Assembly: GCA_965227775.1 (NCBI GenBank)
Contig: OZ245777.1
Location: 1,280,001-1,344,000 of the forward strand
Length of the DNA: 64,000 nucleotides
Reading direction: 5' to 3'
Source of the DNA: Phycisphaerales bacterium
GTDB lineage: Bacteria > Planctomycetota > Phycisphaerae > Phycisphaerales > UBA1924
The notes beneath the pieces were generated by a model, which had not been told where the DNA came from, made no database searches, and saw only the letters and a program-made list of their open reading frames with translations. Shown piece after piece: positions 9,436-19,549 of this stretch; the stretch's first letter is position 1, and each line of letters begins with the position of its first letter. Both the position numbers and the translations under genes were made by a program.

Positions 9436-10815
9436 TTACGGGCAGCCTGCGTCGAACGCGGTCTGGAACGCCAGGAAGTCGAACAGCGTGAATTCGCCGT
9501 CTCGATCGAAGTCGGCGACGGGCTCCATCGCATCGAATGCGTTCTGGAACCCGAGAAAGTCGAATACCGAGAGTGCACCGTCGCCGTCGATGTCGGCCAG
9601 GCATGGGTTGGGCTCGAGGATGTACGCGGCGCCAGCGCGGAAGAGGCCGTCGACACTCTCAAAGACGGCGCCAGTCGCAACCGTCTGGCCATCGATGGCC
9701 ACGCTGCTGCCGAACAGGCCGATGTCCGCCGTCCGCTTCGGACGGATCGAGTCCAGCAGCAGCCACTCGGTGCCTTCTCGGCCGTAGATGTAGAGCCGGC
9801 CGGGCCTGCCGCCGCCGACTGCGTTGTTCGCGGCACCCACCACCACAATGTCACCGTCGATGGCCACGGTGCCGAAGGTCTCAGGAGCGCTCGTGCGGCC
9901 CGGCGATAACAGGTTCTCCTCCTGCATCCACCCGGTGCCGTCTCTACTGAACACGTACGCACGGCCTTCGAGCGGGCGATCGCCCGCGAAGATCGTCCCC
10001 ACGATCACACGATCGCCCGACACATCGACATCGGTTCCGAGCCTCCAACAGTCCACCGCATCGTCGGAAACGAGCTTGGCGGTCTCGCTCCACTCGCCGC
10101 CGACCCGCTCGAACACGTAGGCAGCACCAGTCTCCACGCCATCGAACACGGCATCGGTATCACCCACGACGAGCGTGTCACCGTCAAGGGCCACGCTGGA
10201 ACCGAAGACGTTCTCGTTCGTTCCATCGGAAGGCTGCAGCTTCGCAGATTGGCTCCATGCTGAGCCATCAAACGTAAAGACGTAGACCGCGCCACCACCC
10301 ATGGCTCGTTGCGCGCCGACCGCGATCGTGTCTCGATCGACTGCGACAGCGTGCCCGAACTCCTCGTCACTGAGCCCGTCGTCCGCGCTGAGCTTGGCAA
10401 CCTGCATCCACTCGTCCCCGTTTCGCTCGAAGACGTAGGCGGCACCAGAGTCGGTTTCGTTCCCATCGCCGAAAAGAGCACCGGCGACCACCCGGTCGCC
10501 CGAGATCGCTACGGACCAGCCGAACTTGTCGCCGGCGGTAGCGTTGTTGGCGTGAATAGTGTCCGCCTCCTGCCAGGTCGAGCCTGAGCGGAGGAACACG
10601 TAGGCCTGGCCATCGTTCGAGGCCGAACGGTCGAAGTCCGGGGCTCCCGACACGAGCGTGTCCTCGTCGATCGCGACGTCGTGTCCGAACAGCGCGCGGT
10701 CCTGGAAATCGGAAGCGGTCAGGCGCTGCGCCTCGATCCAGTCCTGCCCGACGGCCGCTGCGCAAAGCGATGCCGCTATACCGATCGCCGTGATGGTCTT
10801 CAACATCGAGGTCAT
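9436..10815 (-). CDS. FG-GAP repeat beta-propeller protein with C-terminal GC-type dockerin
   Basis: About 7 FGxxVAIDGDTxVVGA...GAAYVF repeats; signal peptide; dockerin ending DAGCP. Start may be 10806. Confidence 0.88.
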   Translation of the reverse strand: MTSMLKTITAIGIAASLCAAAVGQDWIEAQRLTASDFQDRALFGHDVAIDEDTLVSGAPDFDRSASNDGQAYVFLRSGSTWQEADTIHANNATAGDKFGWSVAISGDRVVAGALFGDGNETDSGAAYVFERNGDEWMQVAKLSADDGLSDEEFGHAVAVDRDTIAVGAQRAMGGGAVYVFTFDGSAWSQSAKLQPSDGTNENVFGSSVALDGDTLVVGDTDAVFDGVETGAAYVFERVGGEWSETAKLVSDDAVDCWRLGTDVDVSGDRVIVGTIFAGDRPLEGRAYVFSRDGTGWMQEENLLSPGRTSAPETFGTVAIDGDIVVVGAANNAVGGGRPGRLYIYGREGTEWLLLDSIRPKRTADIGLFGSSVAIDGQTVATGAVFESVDGLFRAGAAYILEPNPCLADIDGDGALSVFDFLGFQNAFDAMEPVADFDRDGEFTLFDFLAFQTAFDAGCP

Positions 10816-11034
10816 CCCGTCCAGGTGTTCGTGCGTTGCGTCGGGTGGCCCCGGCGGCTTTGGTGGATTCGCGCTTTGAAGTACTGGTGGGCCACTCCGG
10901 GTTGCAGGAGCAGGGAAGCCCCACCCGTGCTTCGGTGCGCGGAGGGGCGCTCCGCGATCAGGACGTATAATCAAAGCTAGTACGAAGCCCATCCAATCTG
11001 GCCGCCCGGCCCGCCTGCCACGCCCCAAAGGGCC

Positions 11035-12786
11035 ATGGAGACGACCATGACCACCGCTAACACCAACAACTCGAGCATCACGGGCGCCGGCCTCGATGCG
11101 AGCGGCAAGCCCTCGGGCGTCGATCCGGCCGCCGTCACCATCTCGGGCATCGTGCTCGACGAGTCATACGGACCCGATAACCCCACCCCCGCGTTGCAGA
11201 ACTTCGGCCGCGACATCGCCGAGGCCGGGCAGTATCCGTACACGCGCGGGCTGTACCCGCAGGGCTATCGCACGCGGCTGTGGACCATGCGTCAGTTTGC
11301 CGGCTTCGGCTCGGCCGACGACACCAACAAGCGCTTCAAGTACCTGCTGCAGGCCGGCAAGACAACCAAGACCAAGGCCAACACCGGCCTCTCGACCGCG
11401 TTCGATCTGCCCACGCTCATGGGCCGCGACAGCGATGACGCGCTCAGCGTCGGCGAAGTCGGCAAGTGCGGCGTGGCCATCGACACCATCGAGGACATGC
11501 ACCGCCTCTACGCCGACATCCCCATCGATCAGGTCACGGTGAGCCAGACCATCAACGGACCGGCCGCGGTGATCTGGGCGATGTACCTGGCGATGGCCAA
11601 GCAGCGCGGCTTCGACATCGCCGATCTTGGCGGCACGCTGCAGAACGACATCCTCAAAGAGTTCCACGCCCAGAACGAGTTCATCTATCCGCCCGAGCCC
11701 AGTGTCAAGCTGGTTGTCGACACCATCGAGTTCCAGGCGAAGCACATGCCCAAGTGGAACTCGGTGAGCATCAGCGGCTACCACATCCGCGAGGCCGGCA
11801 GCACCGGGCCGCAGGAGCTTGCCTTCACCCTGCGTGACGGCATGGAGTACGTCGAGGCGTGCCTGCTGCGCGGGCTCGACATCGACAAGTTCGGGCCGCG
11901 CCTCAGCTTCTTCTTCAACAGCCACAACGAGTTCTTCGAGGAGGTCTGCAAGCTGCGCGCGGCCCGGCGCATCTGGGCCCGCATGATGCGCGAGCGTTAT
12001 GGTGCTCAGAGCGAGCGCAGCTGGTTCATGAAGACCCACGTGCAGACGGCCGGCTGCAGCCTGACCGAGCAGCAGCCGCTGAACAACATCGTGCGCGTCG
12101 CCTACCAGGCGATGGCCGGCGTGCTGGGCGGCTGCCAGAGCCTGCACACGGACAGCATGGACGAGACGCTGGGCCTGCCCACAGAGCAGGCCGTGACGGT
12201 CGCGCTCCGCACGCAGCAGATCCTGGCGCACGAGACCGGCGTGACGCGCACGGTCGACCCCTTGGGCGGCAGCTACTTCGTCGAGGCGCTCACCGACGAG
12301 GTCGAGGAGCAGGCGCTCAATTACATCGGCGAGATTGACGAGATGGGCGGCGGCGTCTGGAAAGGCCAGGACGGCGGCAAGCCCACCGGCGGCTACGGCG
12401 GCGTGGTCGAGGGCATCCACCAGGGCTACTTCCGCCGCAAGATCGCCGAGGCGTCCTATCGCTTCAGCGAAGAGTGCGAGGCCCACGATCGCATCATCGT
12501 CGGCGTCAACGAGTACGTCGAAGACAACGAGGACCGGCCGATCGACATCCTGCAGATCGGCCCGGAGGTCGAGGAGACTCAGCTCGAGCGCCTGACCGCC
12601 TTCAAGGCCAACCGCAACGCCGACGAGACCAAGCGCGCCCTCGACGCCATCCGCACCGCCTGCCAGAAGGGCGAGAACGTCATGCCCCACCTCATCGACG
12701 GCGCCCTAGCCAACGCCACGCTGGGCGAGATGGTGCAGGCGATGGCGGATATCTACGGGCGGTATGCGGGCGGGCCGGAGTGGTAG
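11035..12786 (+). CDS. icmA: B12-dependent acyl-CoA mutase, substrate-binding (large) subunit; isobutyryl-CoA mutase-like
   Basis: [39 protein letters not shown] and [11 protein letters not shown] motifs; no DxHxxG B12-binding domain. Phe/Gln at the specificity positions. Start may be 11047. Confidence 0.75.
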   Translation: METTMTTANTNNSSITGAGLDASGKPSGVDPAAVTISGIVLDESYGPDNPTPALQNFGRDIAEAGQYPYTRGLYPQGYRTRLWTMRQFAGFGSADDTNKRFKYLLQAGKTTKTKANTGLSTAFDLPTLMGRDSDDALSVGEVGKCGVAIDTIEDMHRLYADIPIDQVTVSQTINGPAAVIWAMYLAMAKQRGFDIADLGGTLQNDILKEFHAQNEFIYPPEPSVKLVVDTIEFQAKHMPKWNSVSISGYHIREAGSTGPQELAFTLRDGMEYVEACLLRGLDIDKFGPRLSFFFNSHNEFFEEVCKLRAARRIWARMMRERYGAQSERSWFMKTHVQTAGCSLTEQQPLNNIVRVAYQAMAGVLGGCQSLHTDSMDETLGLPTEQAVTVALRTQQILAHETGVTRTVDPLGGSYFVEALTDEVEEQALNYIGEIDEMGGGVWKGQDGGKPTGGYGGVVEGIHQGYFRRKIAEASYRFSEECEAHDRIIVGVNEYVEDNEDRPIDILQIGPEVEETQLERLTAFKANRNADETKRALDAIRTACQKGENVMPHLIDGALANATLGEMVQAMADIYGRYAGGPEW

Positions 12787-12838
12787 GCGAACTAACTGTG
12801 ACTGCCCTGTAGCAGTAGGAGCGCCACTAACCTCCAGG

Positions 12839-13165
12839 ATGCCACGCCGAAGGCAAGTATTCAAGCTGTTCTGGAAGTCGCAGCACGTAGCGAATCTGAG
12901 TTACGTGAGCACCGAGCACACCTCGATTACCTGCACATACGAGTGGGTTGGTCAAAGAGGAAGGCACTGGAAGTTCCTCTTGGACATCGCTGATCCGTCG
13001 AAAGTGAAAGAAGTCGACAACTACTCGGATCAGTACTGGGAACGCTGGTCGATCTTTGATCGCGCGGGCGAATTGGCTTCTAACTCTCCGCCCGGAGTAG
13101 ACGTTGATGCCGAGACAATGACCTGGCGTTTAGGGGTCATCGATTGGAGTGGCGATCCGCACTAA
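12839..13165 (+). CDS. Hypothetical protein (low-GC orphan)
   Basis: 108-aa Trp-rich ORF in a lower-GC patch (29/60 GC in line 12961); TAACCT 5 nt upstream of ATG. Confidence 0.5.
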   Translation: MPRRRQVFKLFWKSQHVANLSYVSTEHTSITCTYEWVGQRGRHWKFLLDIADPSKVKEVDNYSDQYWERWSIFDRAGELASNSPPGVDVDAETMTWRLGVIDWSGDPH

Positions 13166-14652
13166 CTCGCCGGCGACTCATCAAACCCCCGCGCCTCCTC
13201 CTCCGCCAACCGCCGCTCGACCTCCTCCGCGCTCGCCAATTCACCCTCCGTCCCCGCCACCACCGTCGCCACCATCGCGTCGCCGGTGACGTTGCAGGTG
13301 GTGCGGCACATGTCCAGCAGGCGGTCGACGCCCAGGATAGCGGCGATGCCCTCGAGCGGCACGCCCACGCTCTGCAGCACGATCACCAGCATGATGACGC
13401 CCGCGCCCGGCACGCCCGCGGTGCCGATGGAGGCCAGCGTGGCGGTGCCGACGATGGCCAGCTGGTCCATCAGTCCCAGGTTCATGCTGTAGAGCTGGGC
13501 GATGAAGACGGCCGCGACGCCCTGGTAGAGAGCCGTGCCGTCCATGTTGATGGTGGCGCCCAGCGGCAGCACGAAGCTGGAGACCTCGTCGTTCACGCCC
13601 AGCCGCTTCTCGACGCATTCCATCGTGACCGGCAGCGTCGCGCTGCTGCTGGCGCTGCTGAACGCGAGCAGCTGCGCGGGGGCGATGGCCTTGTAGAACC
13701 GGCCCGGACCCACGGGGGTGAAGATGCGCAGCACCAGCGGATACACGGCGAACACCATGAGCGCAAGCCCGCCCACGACGCACAAGCTGTAGACCGCGAG
13801 CGCACCGAGGACCTCCAGCCCCAGGTCCGCCACCACCTTCACGATGAGCGCAAAGACGGCGATAGGGGCCGTGAGCATCAACAGCTCGACGAGCTTGATG
13901 ACCGCCTTGGTCATGCCGTCGCAGAAGTCGATGACCGGCTTGGCCTCCGACGGCAGGATCAGGCTCAGACCAATGCCAATCAGCAGCGCGAGGAACACGA
14001 TCTGCAGCATGTTCCCCTCGGCGATGGCCGCGAAGGGGTTTGCGGCGATAAGGTCGACGATGCGATCCCAGGCGTTGAGCCCCTCGGCCGCCGTGGCGCG
14101 ATCGACGCCACCCTGCGCCTGCGAGCTGTAGTCGGCCAGCAGCCGATCACGCGTCTCCTGCGGCACGAACGAGCCCGGGCGCGCAAGGTTGGCGATGATG
14201 AGGCCAAGCGAGATGGCGACCGCTGTCGTGACCAAATAGATGCCGATGGTCTTGCCGCCGATGCGGCTGAGCTTGGTCAGGTTGTTTAGCGTGCTGACGC
14301 CCACGATGAGGCTGAACAGCACGATGGGCACGGCGATGAAGCGCAGGCTGCGCATGAACAGGTCGCCCACGAACAGGTTGAAGTTGCGGACAAAGCGGCT
14401 CACGTGCGCCACGAAGTTGGCATCCTGGTTGGCCGGTGTCACGCCGTCGTCCAGCATGGCGCTGGCGTCCTTGGCAAGGAAGGCCGGCACGTTGTCGACG
14501 CCCAGGGCGTTCCAGGTGCTGGTGGTCCACGCCAGGTTGATGATCAGCCCGACCACGATGCCGGCGACCAGGCCGATGATGATCTGCCAGTGCAGGGCGA
14601 TGCCCCTGCGTGAAGGACTGCGGCCCGGAGCGGTCGAATGGGCGTCGGCCAT
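13162..14652 (-). CDS. gltP: Dicarboxylate/amino acid:cation symporter (GltP/DAACS family)
   Basis: AFSSASSSATLP, LPLGATINMDGTALY, ASIGTAGVPG and DRLLDMCRT motifs. Confidence 0.92.
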   Translation of the reverse strand: MADAHSTAPGRSPSRRGIALHWQIIIGLVAGIVVGLIINLAWTTSTWNALGVDNVPAFLAKDASAMLDDGVTPANQDANFVAHVSRFVRNFNLFVGDLFMRSLRFIAVPIVLFSLIVGVSTLNNLTKLSRIGGKTIGIYLVTTAVAISLGLIIANLARPGSFVPQETRDRLLADYSSQAQGGVDRATAAEGLNAWDRIVDLIAANPFAAIAEGNMLQIVFLALLIGIGLSLILPSEAKPVIDFCDGMTKAVIKLVELLMLTAPIAVFALIVKVVADLGLEVLGALAVYSLCVVGGLALMVFAVYPLVLRIFTPVGPGRFYKAIAPAQLLAFSSASSSATLPVTMECVEKRLGVNDEVSSFVLPLGATINMDGTALYQGVAAVFIAQLYSMNLGLMDQLAIVGTATLASIGTAGVPGAGVIMLVIVLQSVGVPLEGIAAILGVDRLLDMCRTTCNVTGDAMVATVVAGTEGELASAEEVERRLAEEEARGFDESPAS

Positions 14653-14762
14653 GAGGATCTCCTGCGAATGCCTTCTCGGGGTTGTCGCGAGGCGGGTGGT
14701 GGATCCGCCAACCCTATGCGGCCCGCGTTCAGAAACTGTTATCCCCCGCCATACGATGCTGT

Positions 14763-16778
14763 GTGGCGAGGAACCAGCAAGTCAGCAGCCGGCGTTACCG
14801 GCACTACATCGAGCGTGAACGCGAGCGTCGGGAAGAGGCCAAGGAGCCCAGCGACGACCCGCTGGCCAAGAAGGGCAAGCGCACCCGCGGCTTCGGCACG
14901 CTCGCGCGCGAGTTCTGGGGCCTGCTCCGCGGCCACCGCGGCATGGTCATCGCATCGCTCGTCACGCTGACGATCGCGACCGGCCTGGGCCTGCTGCTAC
15001 CGCTCTCGACCAAGATCGCGCTGGACTTCATCCTGAGCACCGAGCCGGGTTTGGTGGGGCTGGCCGAGACGCTGCCAGAGCCCCAGCGCGAGCGAGCGCT
15101 CGAGCACCTCGGCACGCTCGACGAAGACGGCATGCGGTCCGTTCGCTGGCGGGCGCTGATGGTGCTGTGCGGAGCGATGATGCTCGTCGCGGTGCTGGGC
15201 GTGGCCTTCGGCATCTGGGGCCGCTGGCAGATGACCCGGATGACGAAGCGCGTGCAGGCGATGCTGCGACGCCGCGTGTTCGAGCACGCAGCGCGTTTGC
15301 CCTTACATCGCGTGCAGGCCATGCGCTCGGGCGGCGTCTCGAGCATCTTGAGAGAAGACGCCGGCGCGGCGGCCGAGCTCCTGTTCGGCATGATCTACAA
15401 CCCCTGGCGCGCAGCGGTCACGCTGCTTGGCGCGCTCGTGGCCATGGCGGTGGTCGACTGGCGGATGCTGGTGGGGGCCATCTTCCTACTGCCGGTCGTG
15501 TGGATCACGCACCGGGCCTGGATCGGACGGATCCGGCCGATCTATCGGGACGTGCGCAAGACACGCAGCGAGATCGATGCGCACGCGACCGAGGCGTTCG
15601 GCGGTGCTCGCGTCGTCCGCGGCTTCCACCGCGAGCAGCAGGAGGCCTCGCGTTTCACCGGCGGCGTGCACCTGATGGCCCGCCAGGAGCTTCGGGCGTG
15701 GTGGTGGAGCCGGAGCGTCGAGCTGGTCTGGTCGGTCATGATCCCCGCGGCGTCGGCGGGCGTGCTGCTCTACGGCGGGGCCGCGGTGCTTGGCGGCACG
15801 ATGACCATCGGCGACGTCATGATGTTCTCGGTGTACCTGCTCTACCTGCTCGGCCCGATTGAGGCGCTCGCCGCGAGCGCGACGCAGATCCAGAACGCAC
15901 TGAGTGGCCTCGATCGATCCTTGGATCTGCTCGAGGAACCGCTCGAATTTGCCGAGACGCGAAGCGAGGCAACCAGCATGCCCGCGGCCGTGCACGGGCG
16001 AATCTCGCTCGAGAGTGTGTGGTTCGCCTACCCGGCCAACAAGAAGAAAGCCGACGACAGCACCGAGCCCGAGTATGTCCTCAAGGACATCAACCTCGAC
16101 GTACCAGCCGGGTCGACGGTCGCGCTTGTTGGCCGCAGCGGCAGCGGCAAGACCACGCTGTGCAACCTGGTCGCTCGCTTTTATGACCCGAGCAAGGGCC
16201 GCGTGCTGATCGACGGCGTGGACCTTCGCGAGATCGACGTGGACCAATACCGCGCCCTGCTTGGCGTGGTCGAGCAGGACGTCTTCCTCTTCGACGGCAG
16301 CATCTACGACAACATCGCCTACGCCCGGCGGTGGGCGACCGAAGAGCAAGTCCGCGAGGCCGCGCGCATCGCGAGCGCCGACGAATTCATCGAGGAGCTG
16401 AGCGAGGGCTACCAGACCATCGTCGGCGAGCGCGGCGTGCGCCTCAGCGGCGGGCAGAAGCAGCGCATCGCCATCGCGCGAGCCGTGCTGGCCGATCCGA
16501 AGGTCCTCATCCTCGACGAAGCAACGAGCAACCTTGACACCCACAGCGAGCGGCTCATCCAGCGCGCGCTCCACCAGTTGACGAGCGAGCGCACAACATT
16601 CGTCATTGCCCACCGCCTGAGCACGATCCGCCACGCCGACGCCATCGTCGTGATGCACAAGGGCCAGGTCACCGAGGTCGGCACGCACGAGGAGTTGCTC
16701 GCCCGCGGCGGGGCGTACGCGGGATTGGTGCAGGCGCAGGTAGAGGATCTGGAAGAGGACGCGGTGGCGGGGAGTTAG
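14763..16778 (+). CDS. ABC transporter fused permease/ATP-binding protein (MsbA-like exporter)
   Basis: TM domain plus GRSGSGKTT, LSGGQKQRIAIARA, ILDEATSNLD and IAHRLST. GTG start chosen from the TACGAT-N5 spacing. Confidence 0.92.
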   Translation: MARNQQVSSRRYRHYIERERERREEAKEPSDDPLAKKGKRTRGFGTLAREFWGLLRGHRGMVIASLVTLTIATGLGLLLPLSTKIALDFILSTEPGLVGLAETLPEPQRERALEHLGTLDEDGMRSVRWRALMVLCGAMMLVAVLGVAFGIWGRWQMTRMTKRVQAMLRRRVFEHAARLPLHRVQAMRSGGVSSILREDAGAAAELLFGMIYNPWRAAVTLLGALVAMAVVDWRMLVGAIFLLPVVWITHRAWIGRIRPIYRDVRKTRSEIDAHATEAFGGARVVRGFHREQQEASRFTGGVHLMARQELRAWWWSRSVELVWSVMIPAASAGVLLYGGAAVLGGTMTIGDVMMFSVYLLYLLGPIEALAASATQIQNALSGLDRSLDLLEEPLEFAETRSEATSMPAAVHGRISLESVWFAYPANKKKADDSTEPEYVLKDINLDVPAGSTVALVGRSGSGKTTLCNLVARFYDPSKGRVLIDGVDLREIDVDQYRALLGVVEQDVFLFDGSIYDNIAYARRWATEEQVREAARIASADEFIEELSEGYQTIVGERGVRLSGGQKQRIAIARAVLADPKVLILDEATSNLDTHSERLIQRALHQLTSERTTFVIAHRLSTIRHADAIVVMHKGQVTEVGTHEELLARGGAYAGLVQAQVEDLEEDAVAGS

Positions 16779-16806
16779 TCAGTCCACCTTGACTTTTGGA
16801 CTTGGT

Positions 16807-17196
16807 CTACCCGCCTTTAGCCCAGTACTGAACCAACAGGAAGTCCTCTTCGTCCCAACTATCAAGCCACGAAAGAGCGTCTGTCAGCAGGGTTGCTCGC
16901 TTATGAAGCTCAATCCACTCTGATGGCTCGGGATCGATTCGGGCCATGCGAGCGAACTCATCACAGAGGGACTTCAGCCTGGTGAACACGTCGGGATCCA
17001 GCGTGTCCGCTGCCGCTTCGGTTGCTTTCTCATAACGTTTGAGGGCGTCACTGAGGTCTTCGGCCAGATCGTAATCCGTGACCACTCGTCCCTTGGTACT
17101 AGATGGCGGCGGATCGTCCTTGACGATGCACCGGAGCACCAGCAGGACCTGACCGGTGGCTTGGAATACCTCGCGTACCGCCGCTTCTGATGCCAT
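16807..17196 (-). CDS. Hypothetical protein (low-GC orphan)
   Basis: 129-aa helical ORF in a lower-GC patch (31/60 GC in line 16861); TACTGT 6 nt upstream of ATG. Confidence 0.55.
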   Translation of the reverse strand: MASEAAVREVFQATGQVLLVLRCIVKDDPPPSSTKGRVVTDYDLAEDLSDALKRYEKATEAAADTLDPDVFTRLKSLCDEFARMARIDPEPSEWIELHKRATLLTDALSWLDSWDEEDFLLVQYWAKGG

Positions 17197-17238
17197 GCTT
17201 CGACAGTAAGGCACGATCGGTGTGCCGAAGGGCGGCGC

Positions 17239-18000
17239 TTACCCCTCCGCCTCCGCCGCCATGTCCTCATCCAGGTTGTGGTACACCTTCTGCACGTCGT
17301 CGTTGTCTTCGATGGCGTCGATGAGATTCATCAGCTTCTGGGCTTCTTCGGGCGTGGGCTTGGCGATGACGTTGGGAATCTTGTCGATGCCGCCCTCGCT
17401 CACCTCGATCTCGGCCTTCTCGAGCGCTTGCCGCACGGCGTGGTAATCGGTGCGTTCAGTGGTGATGACCCAGAAGCCCTCTTCGTCGCCGTCGCTCTCG
17501 GGGGCCTCGATGTCCTCAGCCCCGGCTTCGAGCGCGACGTCCATAAGCTGCTCTTCGTTCGTCTTCGAAGCCTCGATGAAGATGCGGCCCTTGGTCTCGA
17601 ACATGAACGCGACGCTGCCGGCGTTGCCCATGCTGCCACCACCCTTGCTGAAGACGTAGCGCAGGTCGTTCACGGTCCGCGTGCGGTTGTCGGTCAGCGT
17701 GTCGACGATGATCGCCACGCCGCCGGGGCCGTAGCCCTCGTAGACGATCTCCTCGAAGCCCGCGCCATCAGCAGCGCCACTGCCCTTGTCGACGGCCCGC
17801 TGGATCGTGTCCTTGGGCATGTTGGCGTAGCGGGCCTCGTCGATGGCGTACCGCAGCGCGAGGTTGGTATCAGGGTCGCCCCCGCCCGCGCGAGCCGCGG
17901 CCATGATGGCCTTGGAGCACTTGCTCCAGATCTTGCCCTTCTTCTTGTCCTGCCGCTCCTTGCGGTGACGGATGTTCGCCCACTTGCTATGTCCGGCCAC
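17239..18000 (-). CDS. yebC: YebC/PmpR family protein
   Basis: MAGHSKWANIRHRK, YEGYGPGGVA, TDNRTRT and DDVQKVYHN motifs. Confidence 0.97.
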   Translation of the reverse strand: MAGHSKWANIRHRKERQDKKKGKIWSKCSKAIMAAARAGGGDPDTNLALRYAIDEARYANMPKDTIQRAVDKGSGAADGAGFEEIVYEGYGPGGVAIIVDTLTDNRTRTVNDLRYVFSKGGGSMGNAGSVAFMFETKGRIFIEASKTNEEQLMDVALEAGAEDIEAPESDGDEEGFWVITTERTDYHAVRQALEKAEIEVSEGGIDKIPNVIAKPTPEEAQKLMNLIDAIEDNDDVQKVYHNLDEDMAAEAEG

Positions 18001-18094
18001 GTGCGTCTCCTCGGCAGAACCGCCGACTCAATGTCGAAACAATGCGGCCGATCTCGACACCCGGCCCATACAACGATCCGATTCTAGTGCGTCG

Positions 18095-18724
18095 CTACAC
18101 CTTCACAACGCGGCCCGAGGCAGCTTCCAGGCGCAGGTATAGGTCCCGGGCTTCCCCTGCCGAGCAGCACCTGGAAAGCAGATCGGCCGAGTCGGCGGTG
18201 GTCGACTTGGGAGGCACAACGCCTCGCTCGATGAGCGCGCCCAGAAGGCGGCCATCGACCGGCACGCGCTGTTCGCCAAAAGCGAGCAGCAGCACGCGAT
18301 CGACGGCAAATGCGGGCAGCGCGTCGATGCCCTCCAGGTATGGTGCGCCCTCGTGGGCGCCGGCGCGGGCGACGCGATCGATGCTCACCGCGTCCTCCCG
18401 ATCGAACACGGCGTTGAGCGTGTCGAGGATCGCCCGGGCCCGCCGCGTGGCGTGCTCGTCGGTCATGCCCACCGTGTCCTCGACCTCTTCCTCGAGCGCC
18501 ACGCGGATCTCGTTGAGATCGACGAACTGGTCGGCCAGCCGGCGGGCGGCGCTCACGGCCGACGGCACGCCAGCCTCCCACGCGAGCAACGAGAACACGA
18601 GCTCTGCCGTCGCCATGTCGGTCGAACCCGGCAACAACGCCGCAGCGTCGGGCGCGGGCGGCAGCGGCACGCCGTCCAGCCACGACTCGAGCCGACGCTG
18701 CGTCTCGGCAACGGGGTGGTTCAT
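18095..18724 (-). CDS. Conserved hypothetical protein, HhH-GPD/endonuclease III-like fold without Fe-S cysteines
   Basis: FVDLNEIRVA and LLLAFGEQRVPVD segments; ATGA overlap with rbfA. Confidence 0.6.
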   Translation of the reverse strand: MNHPVAETQRRLESWLDGVPLPPAPDAAALLPGSTDMATAELVFSLLAWEAGVPSAVSAARRLADQFVDLNEIRVALEEEVEDTVGMTDEHATRRARAILDTLNAVFDREDAVSIDRVARAGAHEGAPYLEGIDALPAFAVDRVLLLAFGEQRVPVDGRLLGALIERGVVPPKSTTADSADLLSRCCSAGEARDLYLRLEAASGRVVKV

Positions 18725-19137
18725 GGATTCGTGTCCGTGGCTTCGGGCGCGTCGGCCGCCGAGCCGCCCTCAGGCTCGCTCTCGGCCTTGTCGTCGAACT
18801 CCTCGCGCACCTTCGCCAGCGTCGAGAGCACCTCGGCCTGCTTCTTTAGGCTGGAATCCTCGACGAAGCGTAACTCGGGCATCGTCCGCGTCCGGATGAG
18901 CTCGGCGACTTCGCGGCGGATGTGTCGCGCCGCGCTCTGCAACCCATGCACCGTGAGTTTCTGGTGCTCGACGGGCAGCACGCTGATGCCGATGGTCGCC
19001 TGCTTGCTGTCGGGCGTGACATCGACCCTGGTAACGGTGATAAGCCCGCGGACGCGAGGGTCCTGCAGCCCGCGTGCGAGAACCTGCTGCACGCCCTTCT
19101 CAAGCGAGGATGCTAGGCGATCGATCTTGGTGCTCAT
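18721..19137 (-). CDS. rbfA: 30S ribosome-binding factor RbfA
   Basis: LQDPRV, ITVTRVDVTPD and RTMPELRFVED motifs; position downstream of infB. Confidence 0.93.
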   Translation of the reverse strand: MSTKIDRLASSLEKGVQQVLARGLQDPRVRGLITVTRVDVTPDSKQATIGISVLPVEHQKLTVHGLQSAARHIRREVAELIRTRTMPELRFVEDSSLKKQAEVLSTLAKVREEFDDKAESEPEGGSAADAPEATDTNP

Positions 19138-19529
19138 GCCGTCTCGCCCCCCTCGTGCGCGTTGCTGTGGGTGAAGTGCTCGAGCATCTCCTGCCCCAGC
19201 GACTCCGCATCGGGCTCATGCGGGGGCGCGTCCTCCTCACGCGTGGGCTCCACGATCTCGCGTCGCACGCTGCCGATCTGCCCGTCGCGGAGTTCTTTGA
19301 GGCGGTTCCACGCCTTGTCGAGCAGCTCGTGGGCACGGGGGCCGTCGGTGGCAACGATCGCGGCACCCATCATGGCAACGGTCGGGTTGTCGTGGGCGCC
19401 GACCTCGGCCACGCTGATGCGCAGCTCTCGGCTGAGCTTGTCGCGCACGCTGCGCACAACGGCGCGCTTGTCCTTGAGGGACTCGGCGCCGGGCACGAGC
19501 AACTCGAACTGGAGGACCCCGATCACCAT
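19134..19529 (-). CDS. DUF503 (YlxP) family protein
   Basis: SLKDKRAVVRS...ISVAEVG motif; lies between infB and rbfA. Confidence 0.9.
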   Translation of the reverse strand: MVIGVLQFELLVPGAESLKDKRAVVRSVRDKLSRELRISVAEVGAHDNPTVAMMGAAIVATDGPRAHELLDKAWNRLKELRDGQIGSVRREIVEPTREEDAPPHEPDAESLGQEMLEHFTHSNAHEGGETA

Positions 19530-19549
19530 GACTTACGCCGCCAACCCGA

